Shown in pieces: positions 35,901 through 47,900 of a stretch of 64,000 nt of DNA (the first letter of the stretch is position 1; every line of letters begins with the position of its first letter). The DNA comes from Bugula neritina (Eukaryota > Animalia > Bryozoa): positions 14,698,998 through 14,762,997 of the forward strand of contig OZ037767.1 of the NCBI GenBank assembly GCA_964035545.1, given 5' to 3'. The notes under the pieces are model-generated. The model saw only the letters and a list, made by a program, of their open reading frames with translations, made no database searches and was not told the origin of the DNA. The position numbers and the translations under genes were made by a program.

Positions 35901-38900
35901 CTGACTCACCTGTCACTCACTCTGACTCATTTGTCACTTACTCACAATCTGTTTTGTTTACTTTTCTTACATGCTAGGATTAGGCCCCACTACTCACGGC
36001 ATTTCACTTATCAATATCTATGATGAGTCCTGCATTTACATTTTAATGAACCATTTTGATTGAGATGATGTCGATGTATCTTGTTAGCTGTATTTCAATA
36101 AAAGTATTAGTTCTATTTATGGGTATTTCGCGTATCTTACTAGAATCTAGTTGTTGTTGGTTAAACAGGAAGAAGAAACTAGATACGTATATACAGGACA
36201 CCATAAGCTGCTACTTCCAGCCTGAGGATATTGATTATTTGTGTGAAACTTGTGGGGCGCCCACAGCACGCTCCGTCCAGACCTTCTCTCGACTGCCAAG
36301 GTAGCTGTACAATCTAACCTCTTGTAGGTGTGATTGGTGCGTACTGTAACTCACCCATTTAAAATAACTTTCAAAGTTTTAAAATTTCTTCTTTTTTAAT
36401 GAAATCAGTTTTAATATTGAAATTCTTGAATATAAATATTGGGTCATGTATTGTGTTACCACTTTGTGAAGAAAATGTTTCGAGTCCACCACCGTTAGTA
36501 TTTGTATCTCTGGTGGGTGTGTCCAATGATTTTGTGTTCTAGTGCGACAGCAATTTTATATTTTTTATATGAAAAGACAACTCTTGTAAAAAGTGTTTTT
36601 ACAAAAGTTAGGAGTTTTCTTCTTTTTGGGACTAGCTCATGATGTTGAAAGAAATATTATGTATTTGAAAGTAAAAGCATTAATGGTGTTAACTCACGCA
36701 AGTTTATAGTCACCATCCTTGTGAGAAAACTCCTGATAGAAAGGGTTTTTGTTAATAGCGGGCTAAGGACTTATTCAGATGAGGCACAGGAGCAATTATG
36801 ACTGGATGCTCTTTCTAACATCACCAACGGCCTTTGTCCGAGCTCGAACCCATGACTTCGTGTTTACTAGGCAAACGCTCTAACTCCTAGACCACTGCTG
36901 CTTCTGGTGTTAAAATTGTTTATCAATTCTTTAAAATGTACTATAATAATAGTATGCAATAATACTAAGAAAGTTGCATTTTCTATAATTTGCACATATA
37001 GAGTAATAACAGTAAGCTCTTTTAAACTTTTTTATAGTCTATACAGCAACAAAGCTCTCTTATGAACTTCAATAGACTGCAATTACTTGTGTTATTGCTA
37101 CGTATGTACTTGGCTTTCAAGGAAAGACAAATCTCAATCATGCATAAAGACTACAATTTTTGTGAAGACTATATTTATTTTATGATGCAATTTATCGTTT
37201 TTCTAGATATTGTTGCATGTCACAATGACCTCTAAGCTATCGCTCCTTTCTATCTGCAGAGTTTTAGTGATAGTGCTGAAGAGGTTTCAGAACAAGGGGC
37301 GGATCACTAAAGACGCACAGAGTATCTATATTAATAAGTACATCAGCCTAGCCGGTCACTGCGGCAGCCAAGTACCACCTCTTATGCTGCCTAACATACC
37401 TATGTAAGTACATCTGTAAGTGTATAGTAAGTACCTCTGTAAGTGTATAGTAAGTACCTCTGTAAGTGTATAGTAAGTACCTCTGTAAGTGTATAGTGAG
37501 TACCTCTGTAAGTGTATAGTAAGTACCTCTGTAAGTGTATAGTAAGTACTTATGTGAGTGTATAGTAAGAACCTCTGTAAGTGTATAGGAAGTACCTCTG
37601 TAAGTGTATAGTAAGTATCTCTGTAAGTGTATAGTAAGTACCTCTGTAAGTGTATAGTAAGTACCTCTGTAAGTGTATAGGAAGTACATCTGTAAGTGTA
37701 TAGTAAGTACCTCTGTAAGTGTATAGTAAGTACCTCTGTAAGTGTATAGTAAGTACCTCTGTAAGTGTATAGTAAGTACCTCTGTAAGTGTATAGTAAGT
37801 ACCTCTGTAAGTGTATAGGAAGTACATCTGTAAGTGTATAGTAAGTACCTCTGTAAGTGTATAGTAAGTACCTCTGTAAGTGTATAGTAAGTACCTCTGT
37901 AAGTGTATAGTAAGTACCTCTGTAAGTGTATAGTAAGTACCTCTGTAAGTGTATAGTAAGTACCTCTGTAAGTGTATAGTAAGTACCTCTGTAAGTGTAT
38001 AGTAAGTACCTCTGTTAGTGTATAGTAAGTACCTCTGTAAGTGTATAGGAAGTACCTCTGTGAGTGTATAGTAAGTACCTCTGTAAGTGTATGGTGAGTA
38101 ACTCTGTAAGTGTATAGTAAGTACCTCTGTAAGTGTATAGTAAGTACCTCTGTAAGTGTATAGTAAGTACTTATGTGAGTGTATAGTAAGAACCTCTGTA
38201 AGTGTATAGGAAGTACCTCTGTAAGTGTATAGTAAGTATCTCTGTAAGTGTATAGTAAGTACCTCTGTAAGTGTATAGTAAGTACCTCTGTAAGTGTATA
38301 GGAAGTACATCTGTAAGTGTATAGTAAGTACCTCTGTAAGTGTATAGTAAGTACCTCTGTAAGTGTATAGTAAGTACCTCTGTAAGTGTATAGTAAGTAC
38401 CTCTGTGAGTGTATAGTAAGTACCTCTGTAAGTGTATAGTTAGTACCTCTGTAAGTGTATAGTAAGTACCTCTGTAAGTGTATAGTAAGTACCTCTGTAA
38501 GTGTATAGTAAGTACCTCTGTAAGTGTATAGTAAGTACCTCTGTAAGTGTATAGTTAGTACCTCTGTAAGTGTATAGTAGTATACAGTTAATAGTTGGTT
38601 CAAACATTTCGTCCAGCTAATTCCCAGTGTAACCTTTTTAGAATCATTCTGATTGGGAGTTGTCTTCTGGAATAAATTAGCTCATTTTACTTAGACTTTG
38701 TAACTCAGTAAGTGTGGTTAATTAAGTAGGGGAGACAATTCTGTATGAATTCTCCTATTACTATTTCCTTGGCATTACTGTTGTTGTTTATGGTCAGCGT
38801 CTGGCATTCTAACGTGAAGTTATGTCGTATTTTCAGCAAGCTCTGGTCAGTGGACGAATATCTGAAGCTCAAGAGCCAATCAGAGCAGGATAACACAACT

Positions 38901-41900
38901 CCTGGTAGAAATAGTGGCAGTCGTAATGCAAGTGTTGAAAAGATGAAAGATTACAGTGCTGAACCCATGAAATACTCTGCAAAAAAGCGGCTAATCATGG
39001 TAACCCATACCCTGGCAGATGTTCTGCTATACATTAGTATAATTCCTTGTTTTTCACGCTAATAATTTATTTTAACTGTTAAAGTGTGTTTGTTGTACAG
39101 CTCACCTTTATGGAAAATAGCCGGACTTTTAGGCTTCAGATTTATATAATGTCACAAATAGTGGCATACTGTAAATATATTAAATTACAAGGTGGGCTGA
39201 AAATAATCTGATAAAATAATTTCTAACACATTTATATCTCTAGGCAACGGGTTGGCCTGCATGCAAAATTGTTTTTGTGCTTTTCATGTTTGAAATTCAA
39301 TAAGTATTGTAATTCAGTTGAATGTGTAGGTCAGAATTGTGCAAGCAGAGGCCCTTGCACTACGTTCCCTGTTCCACTCTTAAATATGTCTGTATGCGCT
39401 AAATGCATCATCAATATTGTTGATGTGTGCCACAGTCAACAAAATACATTATAAATTCTGATACAGTACTTCGAGTACCCAAAATATCTGTTGGAAACCA
39501 TCTTGTACAAACCTACAATGAAGTCTTAGCACAATGATGCTGTTGAAAATTGATGCTGCAGGAGCAGGTTATTGAGTCTTCCTGGTTTCAGCAATAGTCT
39601 AAGTTCATATAGCGCTGCTAAGTTCGGAGTACCACCTATCTGTGTGGATAATGACGTGTTGGCATAAACACACTCAGGGTTGTTTTCGAGAAGCAAAGCA
39701 TTTTATTAGCTATGTACAAGTGGATGAGGCTAAATATAAGTATAAACATAAATTGAGAGGATGTGAGCTGAGATAATTATTTGTTCTTCTGTCAGCACCT
39801 CCCTCCATCACAAATAGGATGTGTAACAAGGCTAGGAGACAAGGGCACAGTGTTTGTACCTAATTGCACCCACTGTAAACCTATTGTGTTAGGGGTGTGC
39901 ATGCACACATGACTTGCTAATTGAAAACACAAGAGTGTGCACATCACAAGAAGTGCTGATTGAAGCAGTTTGCTAGATCTACAAAATATTCAGATCTATA
40001 AATTGGAAATCAGCTAGGTTATATAAAACATTCCTGCAGCTCAAGGTTTACACAGTGTACCTAATCTAAACCAGCACAGTGGTGTTATGAGGTTTGATAT
40101 AACGTACTTTGTTCATTACTGGTTGGATTGGAGGAGGAATTCTTCTCATAATTACATTAACTATTCTGTCTGTATTTCCAGCATAACTCATTAGAGCCAA
40201 GCTCTTGCAGCCAATGAGCATTTTGTAAACGTACATTGTCAGTAAACGTACGTTATTGGTAAATTTACACCTTGCACAATTAGTAAGCTTATGCAAATTT
40301 CAAAAATTATCAAAAATAATAAATAAAATGACTCAAAATCCTGAATTCTGAAAACATGACTCAAAATTTGTGAGTTTTCACACATAAATTTTTTAATTAC
40401 CACACGTGATCGGTTTTTGTGATTGGCAAAAACCGGCTATACAAAAGTTCAGCTAATGACTTTTACCACCAGTCTAGTGGTATTCATCTCCCGGATCTGC
40501 TCTGTAAACTGTGCTGTGAGTGCTGGTTGGCTCATCCCAGAAGGTATCCAGAGAATAGCGTGTAGTGAGCATAGAGGTAGTTAGGGGGGTTGTCGGAAGA
40601 TTTCTGTATGACGTTGACAGTGTCTCCTCTGTGTAGTTGCTGTATGGTCATGGCGGTGCCCATCTGTTCGCTGGATGACGAGTATCCACTCGCCCAGGCG
40701 TACGCCACCGGCTCGCCGTTCACCTAACCCGACACAAACTGGCTTTAGTTCAGCAAAAAGAAAGGTTTTAAGTGAATGGCTTCAAGTTTTTTTTTCTACA
40801 TTTTCGCTACTTGGATATAATGTGTCACTTGGAGCTGAGCCTTATAGTTAAAGCGTAAAAATGAATCTAAGCAAGACAGCATTTATACTGAAGGAAAGAT
40901 TTAAGTAAAGGTTTTGAAGTTCAGTTTTTTCTCCATTTTCGCTAGTTGGGTATGGCGTAGTATGTCACTCATAGCTGAAATTCAAGGAAAGGGGTCTAAG
41001 TAAGGCAGCATTCAAATACAAAGAATATGTAGTACCTTGATGGTCAACCAGGCTATGTGGTCTGCCATTGCCATCACTTGAAGGTGGAAGACATAGACTC
41101 CATCCACGTCTACAAGGAAGGAACCTGTGGCAGGGTCAAATCCTGACCCCAAGTTGAAATCCACTTGAGAAAACAGCACGTGTGTGGTAACAGTTGATGG
41201 TCCAAAATGGTCAGATAGTCTGGCTAGAAAAGCTACCTGAAAAGACAGTTTTACCAACATTAACTGGTGCAGGGTTTTCAAGCTTTAATGCAGCACCAGT
41301 TACTGTTGCATTCTCTGTTAATATATTATCCTGGTACCAATAAAACCAGCAATCGATATATTTAGCTCTAGCTTACTTTATCAGAGATTTTGCTGGGGAC
41401 TTCTACTGATTCTCCTGGAGGTCCTGGTTCTCCCGACTCTCCCTTTAACCCTGGTTTACCCGGCAAGCCTCTTTGGCCATCTAAACCTCTTTCTCCTCGC
41501 GAACCTCTTGCGCCCTCACTTCCTCTAGGTCCGGGTCTTCCTGTTTCACCCATCGGCCCCGGGGCACCCCGGTATCCCTGAAGGCCAACATTACCAGCAT
41601 ATCCTCTTGGCCCCTGGTCACCCTTTACACCTGTAAAGTAATTCAATGTGTATCTCGTACAGAGAAATATAGCTATAGTAATAAATATAGCTATAGTCAT
41701 ATGTGTATTGTACACAATATAATATAGCTATAGTAGTATGATTTATACCATATATGGTGTAATATATGTCAGCTTGACAACATTAGTTTAAGATACTAAA
41801 TACTAGAGTTTAATGGCTTCATACTAAATGTCTAGTTGTGGATAGAGTTGTTGCCAGCTAGTTTGTTAGACTTACCCTTTTCACCTCTGGGTCCTGGGGA

Positions 41901-44900
41901 ACCTTGTGAGCCGTCTAGACCAGGCTCTCCCTTTGCACCATCTATGCCGGGTTCTCCATTGTATCCAGGCTCACCCGTCAAACCTGGTTCGCCCTTTGAT
42001 CCCTTCTCGCCCACAGCTATCATACTGGGCTCCTTCTCTGTTAGAGGTTGAGCGTACAAGTCGTCATCAGACATTTCCAAGTCACTCAATATTTTGCTGT
42101 ATTTATCTATGTTGAGTGCCATGTCCTCTTCTCCTAGCCCTACTGTATCTCCTATGTAGCCAACACTCTCATCGTCAATGTAGCCTGAACCTTCTACTGC
42201 GGTCGTCATGTCAGGCATAGGGGTAGTTGTGTAAAAGCCCGCTGTTGTCCCTCTCTGTGCAGCTTCCACTATCTGTGCTCTCGGATCATCTTGTAATATT
42301 GATGGAGACTTGTCTGCTGAAATGGCTGCTGCAATGGAAAAGGAAATCATAAAATATTCATATAAGCTTTGAGATATCATTAAACTGGTGATAATACTTA
42401 CCTCGTTGTGTATAATGTTAGAGGTTGTGTGTGGCTACCATATCAGGTATAACCTCAGCATATCATGAAATGGAAACTGTGCCATTTTGCTACACCTTAT
42501 TATCACCATCTTTCCTAATAGCTGTCCAAATTGCACCAACTTGTATTTTCGAGGGCTTTTAAAATTTTTCTAATCTTAATATTATTTATATAATTCGAGT
42601 TTTGTAAATCTAAATACGTATTTTTAGTTAGCCAGCCTAGGCCTGTTCGCCTCACACGCAGTGAATTTTTCAACATAACCAATTGGTTTGAAGTAATCCT
42701 CTCACAAAACTTTTCAAATTTAAAAAATGAAAATTTCAACTTTGGCCCATGATTCACAACTGTAGTGTATGCTGTTAAATGAATTCTAAATAATAAAAAA
42801 AATTGCTGAAATTCTTGCGCAATACACTGTATGCCAATCTTTTTTAGACTTTAGACTTAAGACTTTAGATTATTTGGTTTCTTTAGCTTACCTTGTATTT
42901 TGATTGTATCCAAGGGGCAGGTACACTGACACTGTGTATGAATCACGCCGTACTCTAAGGCTAAAACTACACTCTCTGGTATTAATAAGCTTAAAATCAC
43001 GAGAGAAAAGTAGAGTCTCCAAGATATACTCTGTATCTTCATTTCCATTCTCTTGGTCTATTTTTACTCTGAGCTAAAATTTCTGAATGATTAATACACA
43101 AGCTCCCATTTCTACACATTTAGCACTTAGTTTACACACAGTTTACACACTGAATGCTCGCATAGGCAGCAGCGTGGCAGCATTGGCAGTAGCATCACTC
43201 ACCAATTACCTGCAGGTGTGCATTGAGTGCAAACATCTCATTAGATAGAATCTGTTTTAATGGAGTTTCAATTAGAAATGGTCAAAAATGAGGCAGACTT
43301 CAGCCGTGCCATATTTCACTGTTTATCTAGCTGCAGGGTGTCTTCTTAATTGTAAATATTTATCAACAATATGTTTACTGCTGCTGCTGCTGCTTACAAG
43401 TTCAATTATCTATTGAATAGTCAGCAGTTGAGCTGACATAGATGTTATATATTCAATGTTAACTACTCCTGTGCCCTGTAAAAGTAACGTTAGTAATATA
43501 GTTGAGGAAAACCTGTGTTTTAGATAAGAAATTTAACTAAAGAAGTTCAACCTGCTTTCCATACCAAAGTTCATAAACAGTTTGACAATTTGGGCTATTA
43601 CAATTTATGCACCTAAATTAATAAGCTGTAACTTTCACTACCTCATTCCCACAATGCTAGTAGCTAATGCTACAAGTTGTCATTATGAGAATCAGTAGTC
43701 TGGGGGAGGTTGGCATAGTCTGAGATTGTAACCCTGAGAGTGGTTGTGCGCACAAGTATAACCGGATAAAGCAGAATAGTGATACTAGGTGAAGCTTATT
43801 TCCAAATATATGTGAATAGTTTCAGGTTTTAGGGCTTTTTGGTAGTAGGAGGTATAATTTCTTCTTGATAGGTTTTGTTACATAGAAGAAACCCTTCATT
43901 TCGTAAATAACACAGTATCATAAAATCTCTAGAAGTTGACCTTTAGTTATATGATTACAACTTTTATATACTATGATAGTTTTTACTGGTTTATTATTTT
44001 ACAGGATGCACCAGTTGTTGAGTCTTTCACCAAATTCAAACCGGCCACAGTATTGCCCTCTCCTTCTGACCAATCAGACAGCATATTCACTGCACAAACT
44101 GACCAATCAGAGGGCGTATTTACTCCACAAGGTGACCAATCAGAGAGCATATTCACACAAATCGGGGCTACCAAGTCTGGCAGGTTGGTCACTGTTTTCT
44201 CTGTGATAAACCTTGTATTAAATTGCCATATCAGTGGTCAGTTGATTTGGTCACAGAAAACATTCAGTAGGTTATGAAATACAGGGATGAAGCAAAGGCA
44301 ATTGAATTTAAGAGTAAACAGGGTTATGAGATGAAACCTGAATATAACATGAGCCTTGGTTTGACACAATCATGACTTTTTTCTCAATTCCATTTTCACT
44401 ATTTCACAAAACTGTCTACACCGTGTATTATTGTGTCAGCTGTAAGAGAATCGTTCTCTGTTTTAGTAAATTTAGGTTCAACTCTCCTGCCATAAACAGC
44501 GGTAACCATGGCGATAAGATAGGTTCCAGCTTGTACAGGGCAACTCTGGAATCAAGTTTGCGGCAGCAAGGTGGGGGTCTATTAGCTCGTCTCATACTTT
44601 CTGTGTCACACAGGCTAAGTTATGTGGAAATTATAGTTTATTATTTTTCTATTCTATTTTTTTTCTATTTTATAATTTGATATTTTTTCTTTTAAATTAA
44701 TGTAGTATCTAATATAAAATGTTGATAAGCAATTAATTGATTTCTGGAGCTGTTTTTGTCTTCTTATATCAAATTTAGGCTTTTAATAAATTCTCTGGCA
44801 CGGCAAATATTATAAATTTTCTCTCAAACTGGTAGTATGTTTTCTTGGTGCAATGTAAGTCATGTAATTAGAAGTTGTCTCTCTCTGATTACTCACAGGG

Positions 44901-47900
44901 CAGAAGAAGCGGACGACGTCCACGAGCTCCGCACTCCTATTGGACAGCCTCTCCGAGGATGAGCAGTTTAATCTGGCCATTCAGCAGAGTTTAAAGGAAG
45001 TCGGGAGGGGCCAGTCGTTGTCCCCCCTGAAAGAGTCGGTAGATCCTGCGCAGTTCTCCCGCAATGTGCAGAGTAGCAAGTGGTCGCACTCAACTGAGGG
45101 GTTACGAGGGGGTCACCCCTACACCACTCCTCCTCGAGATTTGTCTTACCTTGTTAGTTCCTCTGACGAAGAAGCTGTTGGCACCATACAGTGTCGTGGT
45201 CGGCAGGTGGTTGCAGGTGAGTCATGTGACGCGCAGCAGACAGGAGATGAGTCATGGCATGTTGAACAGGAGTTGAATAGAAAATGTTCAAATGGACTTG
45301 TTGGCGGTAATCCTATTTGCCTCACTGACTCTCCACCCAGACTCGCCAACTCTCCTCTGCCATCACCCGTCTCCTCTCCTAGCCTCAGGTCTGGATCCCG
45401 TGGTGCAGACAGACAAGCACAAGCTTATAGCACCCTCAAGTCACCAGGCAAACGCAGTAGACTCTTAGCTAAAACTCGAGAGTCTATCAAACAGAAACAG
45501 TTTTTCTCCGATAGCGAAGATGAAGGTTCGGACAATTCGACTGCTTCTGCGTCGCGATATAAAAGACGTCGTCAACGAGACATAACTCCTGAAAGTACGC
45601 CCATTTCTTTTGGGTGTGAATTGGTAGATGAAGTCTCTCCGCAAAAGGCCAAGTATGATGAGCTGAGGCTAAACCAGCCCCTGGTAGTTGTCCCACCTAC
45701 ACAGCCGAGCTTAGAGTCATCTTCTCAGTCAGCTGGTGGACAACTCCACACTACTGTGCATACAGGAAGCAGACGGGGAAAGGCCGAGCATCAGTCGTCC
45801 AGTGAGACCGAGTTTGACGTAGTCTGGGTGAAATCTGAGGACACTCAGAAAGAGGAACGGCCCGCAGACCTGGGTGAGTACTTTAGGACGGCAGCAGCGC
45901 ATTTTGATGGGCTGACTATAACTACTTTTATTCTTATTCACGGCCAAGTTTTCTTGGGCATATTTTTATATTATCTGTATTTCTGACAAGCACTGCTCTG
46001 TTGGTTAATGGATACATCATGTGAATTAGACAGAATTTTGCTATAGCTCCTCCCACTTACTCGACCTTGACCTTAGTGTGGATTCCCCTGAGCACTCATT
46101 TCGAGTTGCGTCATCTTGCAGATGCCTTCTTCACGGATGAAGATGATAAAACCTGGGGAAGTCTCCCGGCACCGATGACCTCTGTAAGAGACAAGAATCA
46201 CGTAGACATCAAGGGAGCTGGCGATGTAGAGTCTCCTCATTATTCTGCTGATCAGTCTCTGCTCTCTCCGCCCACCTTAGTCGGCCTCCCTCCCAGGAGA
46301 CTAGAGTCCTGTGGAGCTGAGGCTAGTGACGGGACAGTCGGGAATCAGGGAGGATCTTCTGAAGGTTAGTCTGCTGAATACATGGGGCAGGTGATCCCCC
46401 CTCTTCCAGTATTTGTTACCATCCACTTCCGGTTGCTGTCTGTATTCACCACTATTTCCCTCTGTCTGTATCCACCACTATTTCCCCCTGTCTGTATCCA
46501 CCACTATTTCTCCCCTGTCTGCATCCACCACTAGTTTCCCCCCTTCTGTATCCACCACTAGTTTCCCCCCTTCTGTATTCACCACTAGTTCCCCCCTGTC
46601 ATTATCCACCACTAGTTGCTGCTGTCTGTAGGCGAAGACAAGGAGAACCAAAGACCTGACTCCCCTAAGACCCCGCTGCCAGCCGACAACGCTGCCTCTC
46701 CCGAACCCTACCAGCCTACAGTCGTGAAGACCTCTCGGGAAGTGAGGGGCATGGAAAGACACGAGAAAGTAAGCCTTCAATCTTTCTGTCTGTCTGTTTG
46801 TCTGTATATAGACTCTACTGTACATCCTTTCTAGCCTTGGGTCTCACGTCTCCCATATCCTTGTAGGACGGGACAGAGTTTGGATACTCGTATAAACTCG
46901 TTGGCGTAGTCAGCCATATTGGTTCTGAATCTTCACATGGTAAGTTATCTTCCCTCAATTAGCAATACTGTTGGGGGGCAACTCCTAATAGCAATGCTAT
47001 CTCAGCTGAAGGCTAATGTCCTTCCTTATATCTGGCTGCTATTACACTCTACACTCTAAGGTGTAACTGTACTATGTTATGGTTCATTTCCTGTAATTGA
47101 TTAAATTGGAGCCAGTTCAAACTGGAGCTGACTTCAAACTTTGAACTTTTAAACCAGCTCAGTGATTAAACTGTGTGCGGCAGCAGCTAAAAATAGCATG
47201 CAAGAAGGTCAGCTGATATTACTATTAGTTTATAACTAACATTAGCATGAGTTCAGAATTTGTTGTAAAACATGATTTTGGTCATACAACCCTCTAACAG
47301 CATGTAGATGGTAGCTCAGATATAAGTATGAATATTTGAATACTGCATGGATGAAGTGGGATTCTCTAAGTGCAACACATAAGCTATATGCTAGCTCTGA
47401 GATTGTTATACCACATTACGCAATAGTGTGTATCAGATGTGAGTGTAGTACACAGCGGCTCTGGGAATGTACAGTTAGTGATTCCTAGCGTGTTTGTCAG
47501 CTGATTCACTGTAACTCCTCCCAGAGTGTTTATCTCTAATAATCCTCTCAGCTGCACTCATTAGCTTTCGTTTGTTTCTGACGGATTATCCACTTCTTAC
47601 TCAGTCTGGAAATATTTGGAAAGTTTCCAAAGACTCTGTTTTCACTGAGTTGTGGCAGTTGTGTATTTGGTGAGAGATCCTATAAGTCCCGTGTGTTTGT
47701 TTATTAGGATGTGTTGAAAGCAACTGCCCAAGTGAATGTAGGACATTGAAAGTATTTTTTATTATCTTTTATAAGTGTAAAAATCACACAAAACACACTC
47801 AAAACACACACACACTATGCACACACTACGCACACACTACGTGCACACTGCACACTATTACACTGATTATGTAATACTAATTACTAATAGTAATAAGCTC

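Noticed and set aside
37348-38603. 320-aa and 415-aa minus-strand ORFs
   Set aside because: Translation of the 23-bp satellite; no domain content.
40755-41012. ~130-bp diverged direct duplication in the last C1q intron
   Set aside because: Looks like an old local tandem duplication with no coding or structural signal.
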